Positions 9,811-18,735 of a stretch of 64,000 nucleotides of DNA are shown here, one piece after another (within the stretch, counting starts at the first letter, position 1; every line of letters starts with the position of its first letter). The stretch is taken from contig JAGVQM010000038.1 of NCBI GenBank assembly GCA_020051695.1, forward strand, positions 46,326-110,325, read 5' to 3'. Below the pieces are notes generated by a model. The model was given only the letters and a program-made list of their open reading frames with translations, did not search any database and was not told the origin of the DNA. This stretch comes from Candidatus Zixiibacteriota bacterium. GTDB lineage: Bacteria; Zixibacteria; MSB-5A5; WJJR01; JAJRUJ01. The translations under genes were made by a program, and so were the position numbers.

Positions 9811-11568
9811 GTGGTGAAAAAGAGAATATTTTTTGCTTTTGTGGTCGTGGCGGTCGTGCCGGCAGTCATTACCATACTTGCGGCCAACATGTTTGCCCGG
9901 CAGGAACTGGAAGAAATCAGGCGGCGCAACGCCACTACGGGGCTGGCGCGGCTGGATGCCAATGTCGTGGAAGACCTCGCGGCGATGGGTTCGGCGGTCA
10001 AAAACGAAGTCGCCGATTCCCGCTGGCGCCGGTTGTTTTTGCGGCGGTGGCAACTGGGCTCGGTGTTTCAGGCTCAGTTGATCGATCAGTTGGTCGAACG
10101 CTCGGCGCAGGCCGGTTGGGTTTTTTCGGCGATCATCGACACCGACGGTGTCGTGCTGGGCCGGGGCGATCGGCCTTCGTCTTTCGGCGATACGGTGGAC
10201 TATCGCACGGTTTTCGGCACCCATGCGATTACCAAGGCGACCGCAAGCGCCGTGTCGCCGTTTCTCCCGGTGTGGGGTACGGGCGGTCTGCTGGGTATCG
10301 CCCCGATCACTTATGACGATAAGACGCTGGCTTTCCTGCTGGTGGGTAAGCCGTTCACTGCGGATAACCTGCGCAATTGGGTCGGCGGCTGGGCCATCCC
10401 GGCCATGATCGTCGCCTCGGGGGAAATCCTCAATCTGACACCGGATGTCCCCCAGGAACAGATTTCACCGGAAACATTTTCCGCGATATATCATGGTCCG
10501 CCGGTGACCTCGATGAATCTCACCGGACGGCGGTTTCTAATCGGGCGCAAGCACCTGACGGTGCCGACTTCCGGCAAGGCGCCGCTGATGATGCTGTTAT
10601 TTTTTGATTCTGCCCCGGTGGATGCGGCCACGGCCAAGTTGTTTTACGCGATGCTGGCCGCCGGCGGGCTGGGCCTGCTGCTGGCCCTGATTTTTGGCTG
10701 GCTGGTCGCGCGGCTGTTGACCCGGCCGCTGGATGATATTGTCGAGGCGGCCAATCGCATTTCCGACGGGCAATGGGACGCCGATGTGATCAGTTTTTCA
10801 GGGGGCGATGCCGGACGGATGGCCGATGCGTTTAACCGGATGATCGGCGATTTGCGGCGGTCGCGGGACCGCCTGATTCAGACCGAACGATTGGGCGCGT
10901 GGCGTGATGCCGCCCGCAAAGTGGCGCATGAGATTAAAAACCCGCTCTCGCCGATCCAGGTTTCGGCGGAAGACCTTGTTTCGGCTTACAAACCCGGCGA
11001 CCCCGGTTTCGAAAAAATCCTCAGGCAATCGACGGCGACGATTATCGAGGAAGTCGCCGCGATCAAGAGGTTTATCGATGAGTTTTCCTCGTTTGCCCGC
11101 ACGCCGCGGCCGGTGTTTGCGCGTTTTGACATCAAAGACCTGCTCAGCGATGCGGCATCGTCATTTCCCACGGAACACCGGGACGGCCGGATTGCTGTCG
11201 ACACGACCCGCAGTTTGATGCTCACCGGTGATGCCGAACTGTTGAAACAGGCCCTGGTCAACCTGATCAAAAACGGTCTGGAAGCCGGCGGGGCGAAAGG
11301 CGCGGTCACCGTCACGGTAGTCGACGAAGACGATCAGGTGCAGATCATCGTCGATGACACCGGGCCGGGGATCTCCGGGGAGATGAAAGCAAAGCTGTTT
11401 ACCCCGTATGCGACCAGCAAACCCGGCGGGACCGGGCTGGGGCTGGTCATTTTGCAGGGTATCGCGGTCGACCACGGCGGGACTGTCACCGTACGGGAAA
11501 GTCCGGACGGCGGCGCGCGGTTTGTGCTGCAGCTTTTGAAAAACCCGCCGGCGAGGGAACAGCGTTAA
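9811..11568 (+). CDS. sensor histidine kinase, NtrY-like (TM - periplasmic domain - TM - HAMP - HisKA - HATPase)
   Basis: GTG start after GAGAGG. H-box HEIKNPLSPI, G-box TGPGIS…GGTGLGL. Two TM segments flank a periplasmic domain of about 250 aa. Confidence 0.8.
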   Translation: MVKKRIFFAFVVVAVVPAVITILAANMFARQELEEIRRRNATTGLARLDANVVEDLAAMGSAVKNEVADSRWRRLFLRRWQLGSVFQAQLIDQLVERSAQAGWVFSAIIDTDGVVLGRGDRPSSFGDTVDYRTVFGTHAITKATASAVSPFLPVWGTGGLLGIAPITYDDKTLAFLLVGKPFTADNLRNWVGGWAIPAMIVASGEILNLTPDVPQEQISPETFSAIYHGPPVTSMNLTGRRFLIGRKHLTVPTSGKAPLMMLLFFDSAPVDAATAKLFYAMLAAGGLGLLLALIFGWLVARLLTRPLDDIVEAANRISDGQWDADVISFSGGDAGRMADAFNRMIGDLRRSRDRLIQTERLGAWRDAARKVAHEIKNPLSPIQVSAEDLVSAYKPGDPGFEKILRQSTATIIEEVAAIKRFIDEFSSFARTPRPVFARFDIKDLLSDAASSFPTEHRDGRIAVDTTRSLMLTGDAELLKQALVNLIKNGLEAGGAKGAVTVTVVDEDDQVQIIVDDTGPGISGEMKAKLFTPYATSKPGGTGLGLVILQGIAVDHGGTVTVRESPDGGARFVLQLLKNPPAREQR

Positions 11569-11574
11569 GCGGCC

Positions 11575-12912
11575 ATGCCTACCGTACTGGTCATTGACGA
11601 CGAGCCGAATATCCTGCGCAGTCTGTCCTCGGCGCTCACCCGGCGCGGGTATGATGTCCTGACCGCCGCCGCCGGCGCGGAAGGACTTCAAAAATTATCC
11701 GCAACGGTGGACGCGGTCTTGCTGGATGTCCGGCTGCCCGATTTTGACGGCTTGAAAATCCTCAAACGTATCCGGGAGAAATACCCGCAAGTGGGGGTGT
11801 TGATGATCTCCGGGCACGCGACGATCGAGGAGGCGGTGCAGGCGGTCAAACTCGGCGCGCATGATTTCCTGGAAAAGCCGCTGTCGCTGGAGAAAGTCCT
11901 GATCGTCCTGGAGAACCTGCTCAAACTCCGGCGCCTGGAAGCGGAAGTCGACCTGTGGCGCACGCGGGCCGGGGAGGGGGGGCCGCTGATCGGACAATCC
12001 GCGCCGATGAAAGCGCTGTTGTCTGAAATCAACCGCGCCGCCCCCACCGACAGCCGGGTCCTGATCACCGGCGCGAACGGCACGGGAAAAGAACTGGTCG
12101 CGCGGATGATTTGGGCCGGGTCCAAACGGCGGGAGCATGATTTTCTGGCGGTCAACTGCGCGGCGATCCCTGAAGAATTGATTGAATCCGAATTATTCGG
12201 GCATGAAAAAGGATCGTTCACCGGCGCAGCGGGCAACAAGACCGGCAAATTTCAGCAGGCGCACCACGGGACGTTGTTTCTTGATGAAATCGGCGATATG
12301 TCGCTGAAAACTCAGGCCAAGGTGCTGCGCGTTTTGGAGGATTCGCTGGTCACCCCGGTTGGCGGCGCGCAGGCAATGAAAGTCGATGTCCGAATTATCG
12401 CCGCCACCAACAAAGACCTCCCCGCCGAAATCCAGACCGGCCGGTTTCGCGAGGATTTGCTCTATCGGCTGAATGTCATTCCGCTGCATATCCCGCCGCT
12501 GTGCGAACGCAAAGCCGATATTCCACCGCTGGTCGATTATTTCCTGCGCCTGACTGCCGACAAACTCGGCCGCACACCCAAGACAATCAACGCCGGCGCG
12601 GTAGAATTACTGGCGGCGTATGATTTTCCCGGCAATGTGCGGGAGTTGCGCAATGTCATCGAGCGGCTGGTGATCATGGCCGAGGGCCGGGTGATTACTC
12701 CGGCCGATGTGCTTCGCTGGCTGCCGCAGGTCGGCGCGGAGAATCAGGTTTTGCCGCTCAGGGAAGCCGCTGATGATTTTGAACGGGAGTACATCCAAAA
12801 GACTCTCGATGATTGCGGCAACAATGTCACCAAAGCTGCCGCGCAATTAGGGCTCGAACGCGCGCACCTGTACAAGAAGATGAAAGCGCTGGGGATGAAG
12901 ACGGAGCGGTAA
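11575..12912 (+). CDS. sigma-54-dependent response regulator (REC - AAA+ - HTH; NtrX/NtrC/AtoC class)
   Basis: REC domain (VLVIDDEPNI…D), Walker A GANGTGKE, sigma-54 contact motif GSFTGA, C-terminal Fis-type HTH. Lies 6 nt after the kinase stop. Confidence 0.9.
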   Translation: MPTVLVIDDEPNILRSLSSALTRRGYDVLTAAAGAEGLQKLSATVDAVLLDVRLPDFDGLKILKRIREKYPQVGVLMISGHATIEEAVQAVKLGAHDFLEKPLSLEKVLIVLENLLKLRRLEAEVDLWRTRAGEGGPLIGQSAPMKALLSEINRAAPTDSRVLITGANGTGKELVARMIWAGSKRREHDFLAVNCAAIPEELIESELFGHEKGSFTGAAGNKTGKFQQAHHGTLFLDEIGDMSLKTQAKVLRVLEDSLVTPVGGAQAMKVDVRIIAATNKDLPAEIQTGRFREDLLYRLNVIPLHIPPLCERKADIPPLVDYFLRLTADKLGRTPKTINAGAVELLAAYDFPGNVRELRNVIERLVIMAEGRVITPADVLRWLPQVGAENQVLPLREAADDFEREYIQKTLDDCGNNVTKAAAQLGLERAHLYKKMKALGMKTER

Positions 12913-13115
12913 GTCGCTCGTGAGTGGCGTACGCGGGTGGCCCGCTCTCCGGGCGGATTTCGTTCCGACGCGGTACATACCCTGAAAAGGGAACCACCTA
13001 AAAGGCGGACCGCTGGTTATAACAGTGAGAATTCATTACGCCGTACCGCAGGATTTTTATCTTTGCAGAGGAAATACTTGGAGGAGGTCACTGAGCAAGG
13101 AAAGGAACTACTTAT

Positions 13116-14006
13116 ATGATCGTTGCAAAATCGCGCATCGCACAGATCATGTTTTTATTTTTGTTTGCTATTAGTTGTTCGGGACATTCAGGAAACAACA
13201 ACACCTCGGATGATGCGGAGCCCCCGGAACGCATTGGTGTGCTTCGATCGACAGATCACGGTGCGACCTGGACTTTCATCGGGTATGCAAGTTTCAATGC
13301 GCCGACCCTCATTCCCGTGGACCCCAGCCCTCTGGCGACAGATAACGGTATTGCGCTTTATTTCCTTGACTTGGCCGGGCTGGGCAAACCTGCAGGCACC
13401 CCCCGGGTCATCTATCGCGCAGTCACGACGGATGCCCTTCTGTTCACCCCGCCCGTCCAAGCGTTTTCCTATCCGGAGGACATGACCGATCCTTATGTCT
13501 TGCAAATGCCGAACGAGAGCTGCCGTCTGTACCTGCAGGCAGTGGGAAGGGGCATTATCAGCGCGTCAAGCAGTGATGGACTTGAATTCACTCTCGAAGA
13601 CGGTGAAAGATCGATTGACGGCGGTACGCCCGGAGCACTGGTCACCCCCGACGGGGATATACGTCTGTTCTTTGCCGGCGAATCAGGGATCAGCAGTGCG
13701 CTGTCGGGCGACGGCTTGACGTTTGTCTCCGAGCAGGGCGAACGTATTCCCAAAGGTTCGTACCGCCTCATCGCTGATCCTCACCCTATCCGCTTGCAAA
13801 GTGGCAGCTATCTCATGTCGTATATACGCGTTCCGTCGGCCGGAGAGCCGCCTTTGGATAACGAAATGCGCCTGGCCGGCAGCATCGCGGGATTTGACTG
13901 GACCGAAAATCCTGTCTCGCTCCGCCTTGGCGCCAATCCGGGACTGGTCGAAACCGCCGATGGGACATTATATATCTATTTTGTGGACTTTCACGCCGCT
14001 GATTAG
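13116..14006 (+). CDS. lipoprotein with beta-propeller/sialidase-like (BNR or GH32/43-like) fold
   Basis: Lipobox FLFAISCSG. Repeated STDHGATW / SSDGLEF / SGDGLTF / TADGTLYIYF blade-like motifs. Confidence 0.45.
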   Translation: MIVAKSRIAQIMFLFLFAISCSGHSGNNNTSDDAEPPERIGVLRSTDHGATWTFIGYASFNAPTLIPVDPSPLATDNGIALYFLDLAGLGKPAGTPRVIYRAVTTDALLFTPPVQAFSYPEDMTDPYVLQMPNESCRLYLQAVGRGIISASSSDGLEFTLEDGERSIDGGTPGALVTPDGDIRLFFAGESGISSALSGDGLTFVSEQGERIPKGSYRLIADPHPIRLQSGSYLMSYIRVPSAGEPPLDNEMRLAGSIAGFDWTENPVSLRLGANPGLVETADGTLYIYFVDFHAAD

Positions 14007-14139
14007 GGCGCAGGTTAAGCCCCCAGCGGCTTGACTTTTTCGTCAGGCGCCGGGGTGCGTGATCTACGTGCTGGATTCCGGGCCGTTCAGGAACGACATT
14101 TTGCGGGAGCGCGTAGGGCGGGCACCGCTCGCCATTTTT
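14004..14139 (+). repeat. copy A (degenerate) of the 57-bp MITE/REP-like element plus a shared downstream terminator-like module
   Basis: GGCGCAGGTTAAGCCCCCAGCGGCTTGAC…GTCAGGCGCCGGGG aligns to copy B. GCGTAGGGCGGGCACCGCTCGCCATTTTTGC follows about 45 bp later. Confidence 0.55.
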
Positions 14140-14260
14140 GCTGTAGACAATATCACATATCGACAGCACGACGACCGATCCCCGCTATCGACTCTACCCG
14201 GACAAGATCAGACAAAAAACCAACCGGCGGCAGGGTGGTTGATACCGGGAGGCACTACGG

Positions 14261-14668
14261 ATGACACAAGCACCGCATCGAATGGGCAAAAAAATTGTGA
14301 TTGTCGGCATTGCAGTCGCCGTCGGTTTGTCGCATTTCATCACGGGAAAACAGTACAATGGGCCGTTTCCCCGGTTCGTAAACGGTTATATGATTGATAT
14401 CCTCCTGCCGTTTGCTGCATATCTCCTGTTATGTAACATCAAACATCCGCTGGTTAACCGATGGTGGGTGAGGTGTTGTGCGGTTTTCGGACTGGGGGTC
14501 ATCGTGGAGACACTGCAATTTTCCGGCATCCCCGTATTTGGCGCGACGTTCGACCCTTGGGATTTTGCGGCCTATGGCGCGGGTGTGACCGCGGCGGCAT
14601 TGGCCGATACGGTTCTTTTCCCGCGTATGTTTCCATTCTGGAAAGATGAGGGTGTCGGGAGTCGTTAA
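14261..14668 (+). CDS. small integral membrane protein (DUF2809-like)
   Basis: ATG at 14261 with GGGAGG 8 nt upstream. Four hydrophobic helices; motif FGATFDPWDFAAYGAG. Confidence 0.55.
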   Translation: MTQAPHRMGKKIVIVGIAVAVGLSHFITGKQYNGPFPRFVNGYMIDILLPFAAYLLLCNIKHPLVNRWWVRCCAVFGLGVIVETLQFSGIPVFGATFDPWDFAAYGAGVTAAALADTVLFPRMFPFWKDEGVGSR

Positions 14669-14786
14669 AAGCGCGGAATGGCGTTGCCTAACGAACGACC
14701 TCTCGGATGCTTATTGTGAAACAGCGAACATTGCCGATGACGGGTGGCTCGCCCTCGGGCGGATTTCATTTTGCCACGGATATAGA

Positions 14787-14885
14787 GGGCGTAGGTCAAG
14801 CCGCCTGCGGCTTGATACATTGTCAGGCGCCAGGGCGCCTGACCTACTCACCAGTGCGTAGGGCGGGCACCGCCCGCCATTTTTG
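14787..14885 (+). repeat. copy B of the 57-bp MITE/REP-like element plus terminator hairpin
   Basis: Core GGCGTAGGTCAAGCCGCCTGCGGCTTGATACATTGTCAGGCGCCAGGGCGCCTGACC with two internal inverted repeats (CAAGCCGC/GCGGCTTG and GTCAGGCGCC/GGCGCCTGAC). Then GGCGGGCACCGCCCGCC + ATTTTT. Confidence 0.7.
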
Positions 14886-14924
14886 CATCGTCTGCAGCGG
14901 TGGGCAGCGCTCACCCTACCAGAC

Positions 14925-15359
14925 TTACAGCTTCTTAAACACCTTAGCGATACAACGATGAATCGCGTGCAGTCCGGTTACCGGTTCGGCATACATTAAG
15001 ATGCACTTGCCGCTGATGGTCTGAATGCCCTCGGCTTCAGCTTTTTTTATCGGCTCGGCAAAATTGGCGCCCTGCTGGAACCAGAGTTTGGTGATCCCGG
15101 CCCGGTGGGCGTCGGCGACGACATCCAGCGCATGGGCGGGGGAGACGGCAATCACCGCCGCCTCGACATCCGGCGGCACCGTGGCCAAGCTGGAAAAACA
15201 CCGTTCGCCCTTGAACGTATTCCGTGCCGGATGCACCGGGTAGACAGTATAACCCCGTTTTTTTAGTGTCGTGCAGATGGCCCCGCCGAATTTACGGGGT
15301 GAGGCGCCTACCACGGCAATATGCCGGGCTTGCACAAAATCCACAATCCGCTGGTCCAT
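14925..15359 (-). CDS. CoA-binding domain protein (YccU/YneT family)
   Basis: MDQRIVDFVQARHIAVVGASPRKFGG… is typical of PF13380. ATG at 15359. Confidence 0.75.
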   Translation of the reverse strand: MDQRIVDFVQARHIAVVGASPRKFGGAICTTLKKRGYTVYPVHPARNTFKGERCFSSLATVPPDVEAAVIAVSPAHALDVVADAHRAGITKLWFQQGANFAEPIKKAEAEGIQTISGKCILMYAEPVTGLHAIHRCIAKVFKKL

Positions 15360-15477
15360 GGCGCGTCCTCCTGTGTGTCCGCCGAAACAATACGACGCCG
15401 GGCTTGCCCGGTCAATCAAAAAGCGCTAGTTTTCACCCGATGAAAAGACGAAACAGTCGCAAGTACAGGGAGTCCCC

Positions 15478-15768
15478 ATGAGCAGTTATTTTCTGGCACA
15501 CATCAACATCCATCAACCCGCGGCATATGAACAATATCTGGCCGGTTTTGATGAGATATTCGCCCGCTATCAGGGCCGCGTGCTGGCGGTGGAGGACCAC
15601 GCCACGGTCCTGGAGGGGAAGTGGGCCGCGCAGCGGACCGTGCTCATTCAGTTCCCGAACACCGCCGAACTGCGCCGCTGGTACGATTCGCCCGAGTATC
15701 AACGGCTGGCGGAATTTCGCCGGCGCGCCTCAACGGCCGACATTGTCATTATCGAAGGGCATGATTGA
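15478..15768 (+). CDS. DUF1330 domain protein
   Basis: 96 aa. HINIHQPAAYEQY…RTVLIQFPNTAELRRWYDSPEYQ matches the DUF1330 signature. Confidence 0.8.
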   Translation: MSSYFLAHINIHQPAAYEQYLAGFDEIFARYQGRVLAVEDHATVLEGKWAAQRTVLIQFPNTAELRRWYDSPEYQRLAEFRRRASTADIVIIEGHD

Positions 15769-15801
15769 CGTGCGGCCGGTGCGTGTGTGCCCCCGCCGCG
15801 G

Positions 15802-16368
15802 CTACCAGTTCTTATGGTGCAGCACGAATGGGTCATCCTCAAAGGCCGCCGCCGCATGCCTCATGATAAAGGCCTGCAATTTTTCGGTGGGCGCGGTCAG
15901 GATGACCACGTCATCCTCGATAATATGCGCAATGTCCAACGTCTTATTCTCGAGACCTTTACTGAGCCAGTCGGAATTAATCGGGGCCAGGGTCAGCGCC
16001 TCCGGGCCGAACGTGATGCCCCAAATAGTATGGGCCGGGACCAGGTGACTGCTGTAAAATTCATTGTTCTTTTGTGAATCTTCCGGGTAGACATCGAGAA
16101 ACAACATGTCGCCCAGCCGTACAAGATGGGCTTCGAATAATCCGTCGGCCTTGTCTTTCTCTTTGGTCGTCAGCCGATATGTTTTATTCTCGCCCTGTTG
16201 GAAAATCCAGGTACCGTCGCGGGCGCCCGACGTATCACCCCAGGCGCCGATCAGCCGGTCGTCGAAAATGGCTGTCTCTTCGGTGTACAAGGGATGGAGG
16301 GACAAGGTCCAGCACCCAGCCAGCAGCAGCACACCGACCAAGAGCACACCAGCTTTTATCTTTCGCAT
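15802..16368 (-). CDS. lipoprotein, hypothetical
   Basis: ATG at 16368 (MRKIKAGVLLVGVLLLAGC…) after AGGGG. Lipobox LLAGC. Confidence 0.55.
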   Translation of the reverse strand: MRKIKAGVLLVGVLLLAGCWTLSLHPLYTEETAIFDDRLIGAWGDTSGARDGTWIFQQGENKTYRLTTKEKDKADGLFEAHLVRLGDMLFLDVYPEDSQKNNEFYSSHLVPAHTIWGITFGPEALTLAPINSDWLSKGLENKTLDIAHIIEDDVVILTAPTEKLQAFIMRHAAAAFEDDPFVLHHKNW

Positions 16369-16465
16369 ATGTTCGCCCCTTTTTATGTTTAATTCCATGT
16401 GCTGATGTATACACACCAATCCGACGAACGGCTATACGTTTTTATGGGGTGGGAACACGTGCTGG

Positions 16466-17062
16466 TCACACATGCACGGCGAAGCGGCAAACCTCATCCC
16501 CCTGCAGGACAGATTGGATGATATCCACGCGGACGGGTCGCTCGAGGACCGCTTCCCAGATTTTTTTGCACCAGCCGGCGCCGCACAGGCAATAGGTCGG
16601 CGATATAGCCACGGCCGCGCGGGCATAATCGCAATGGCAGAAATAATAGCGCTTGGCTTCGGGAGTAGTCGCCTCCCGGTGTTCCTCGGGGAAACGCGGG
16701 GCCTTGGTGATATATACAATATCCCCGACCCGTTCGGGCTTGACCATGAAGACCTTGCCGTGCATGGCCGCGAGGAGTTGATCAATGTCGCGGGCAGCAT
16801 CCCAGACTTTTTTGAATTCCGCGATATGTTCGGTATAACAGTCGCAGGAACACTCGGTCATAATCATGACTCTGGTTTCCAGATCAGGCGCAAGGGCATC
16901 TAGCTTGTCCATGGTCTCAGCCATCAGCGCCGCCTGTGCGCGTTCATCCAGCTCCGCCAGCCGGTCGACTTCGGTCATGACTTCCCGTGCGGCGGATGCG
17001 CCGAGATGTTCGGCAAGCGTCAGTGATAATTTTTCCGGCCAGGCAGGATTCCCCATCGCCAT
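16466..17062 (-). CDS. cysteine-rich hypothetical protein (CSCDCY…CHCDY…CLCGAGWC; putative metal-binding)
   Basis: 198 aa, no signal peptide. Three Cys clusters in the C-terminal half. Possibly ATC-hydrolase-like, but I cannot confirm this. Confidence 0.4.
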   Translation of the reverse strand: MAMGNPAWPEKLSLTLAEHLGASAAREVMTEVDRLAELDERAQAALMAETMDKLDALAPDLETRVMIMTECSCDCYTEHIAEFKKVWDAARDIDQLLAAMHGKVFMVKPERVGDIVYITKAPRFPEEHREATTPEAKRYYFCHCDYARAAVAISPTYCLCGAGWCKKIWEAVLERPVRVDIIQSVLQGDEVCRFAVHV

Positions 17063-17138
17063 TTTCCTTACGGTACTCTCCGCCCGTCGCTTTCCCTTGC
17101 GTATCTATTCCTCGATCGTTTTGACCGGCACGAATTTA

Positions 17139-18098
17139 TTATCCCTGATCGCCCGCCGGTTTTGGCCAGAACTCCTCGATGGTCTGCCACAGCAGGTGAT
17201 TGAATTCCCCCGGTTTGACCATGTGCGGAAAATGGCCGACGCCGGGCATGAAAATAACTTTGAATGAAGCGGCCACCCGGTTGTTGGCCTCGGCATCGGT
17301 CGGATATTCATCGGAATTAATGCAACGGATCGGCACACGGACATCGCTCAATGCTGTCCGGTAATTATAATGGAACAATTGATCGAACGATCCCAGGGCG
17401 ACAGCTTCGGGTGCAGCGGCCATCCCGCTGGAGACCCGTTCGACCAGCTCCGAATCGGCGTACGCCGGAAACATGCCTTTGACGAATTCGTATGTCGCTG
17501 TGGGGAAATCCGCCGAGAAATGCGCCAGATATCCCGCGATCTGTTCCTCGGAAAGTTCGCGTTCCAGGTTTTGCAGGTTATCGACGCCGATCAGTGCAGT
17601 CACCCGCTCGCCCAGCAACCGCGCCGCTTCGATCATCACCGTGCCGCCCATCGAGTGGCCGATCAGGATGACATTTGGCAGATCCAATTTATGCACCACT
17701 GCCGCAACATCGGCGCCGTACGCGGCCATGCTCCACACTTCGCGCTCAGCCCCCGATTCGCCGTGCCCCGCCAGGTCGATGGTTACAATTTTGTATTCCC
17801 CGGCAAACTCATCGACTTGTTTTTCCCAGAACGTGCGGTCGCAACACCAGCAGTGGATAAACACCAGCGCCCGCTCACCGCTGCCACGAACCTCGTAGCA
17901 AACGCGGACACTATCGGTCGAAAGCACGTTGTCGTGCACTACCGTCGGTGCGGGCGGCGGCTCGCATTGGGATTGCTGTCGGCACGCCGTGAAGGCAAGT
18001 GCGACAATAATCAGCGCAGTGCAGAATGATGCCGAGTGACGGCGGGGCAGACGAAAATAGTGCGGTGCAGCCGGCTTTTCAGACAAGTAGTGGATCAT
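17139..18098 (-). CDS. alpha/beta-hydrolase fold lipoprotein
   Basis: Lipobox LAFTAC. Nucleophile elbow GHSMGG; HG…W motif LVFIHCW. Confidence 0.7.
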   Translation of the reverse strand: MIHYLSEKPAAPHYFRLPRRHSASFCTALIIVALAFTACRQQSQCEPPPAPTVVHDNVLSTDSVRVCYEVRGSGERALVFIHCWCCDRTFWEKQVDEFAGEYKIVTIDLAGHGESGAEREVWSMAAYGADVAAVVHKLDLPNVILIGHSMGGTVMIEAARLLGERVTALIGVDNLQNLERELSEEQIAGYLAHFSADFPTATYEFVKGMFPAYADSELVERVSSGMAAAPEAVALGSFDQLFHYNYRTALSDVRVPIRCINSDEYPTDAEANNRVAASFKVIFMPGVGHFPHMVKPGEFNHLLWQTIEEFWPKPAGDQG

Positions 18099-18193
18099 CA
18101 GGAATCCTCCTATTTGTTCGTATCGTTTCCGGAAATGAAGTGTGCCATTACGGAGGGTGTCAAGTTGAATTCAGCCGGCGGCGGCGACACACA

Positions 18194-18715
18194 TTATTTC
18201 GCCGGCAGCAGTGGTCGAATATCGGCCAGCAGACCGGTCACTGTCTCGGCGGTCAGTCCGGTAACTGCCGTGCTGCCGACCAACGTTCCGCGTTGATCGA
18301 AAACGAGGATGGTACACATGTCGGCGGCGAATTCGTAGGCCTTGTCGAACCGGCCTTTCCAGTCCAACAGGGTCCACCGTTCGGGTTCCCGGGGGAATTT
18401 GCCTTTTATCATGCTTTTCAAGAAAAACGGCACGCCACGGACATTGGCCAAGCGGACAAAACCGACGACAGAGGTATCGTGCGTCACGGCCAGCGAATCC
18501 CGCATTGCGGAAAACCACTGGTCCTGATAATCGTTGCCTTTGCGGTCGTAGGCGAAAACGACCACCACCCGGCCCCGGAAATCATCGTCCCGGTGGATTT
18601 TTTCAAACTGGTCTTTTATTTCAAAATCAATAAGTGTACTGTCTGCCGCTATGGCGGTCGGCGAAACCAAACATACGGCCAACCAGCAGAACAAGGCCGG
18701 TATGATCGTTTTCAT
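18194..18715 (-). CDS. secreted hypothetical protein (thioredoxin-like fold without CxxC?)
   Basis: ATG at 18715. Signal peptide MKTIIPALFCWLAVCLVSPTAIAADS. Lies 20 bp downstream of msrAB. Confidence 0.45.
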   Translation of the reverse strand: MKTIIPALFCWLAVCLVSPTAIAADSTLIDFEIKDQFEKIHRDDDFRGRVVVVFAYDRKGNDYQDQWFSAMRDSLAVTHDTSVVGFVRLANVRGVPFFLKSMIKGKFPREPERWTLLDWKGRFDKAYEFAADMCTILVFDQRGTLVGSTAVTGLTAETVTGLLADIRPLLPAK

Positions 18716-18735
18716 GGCGCGCTCCGGGAAACCTG

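Noticed and set aside
12937-13119. 60-aa ORF between the sigma-54 regulator and the beta-propeller lipoprotein
   Set aside because: No RBS and hydrophilic low-complexity sequence. More likely promoter or leader.
14707-14961. 84-aa ORF reading through repeat copy B
   Set aside because: It is composed of the repeat element and terminator module, has no RBS, and overlaps the 3' end of the convergent CoA-binding gene.
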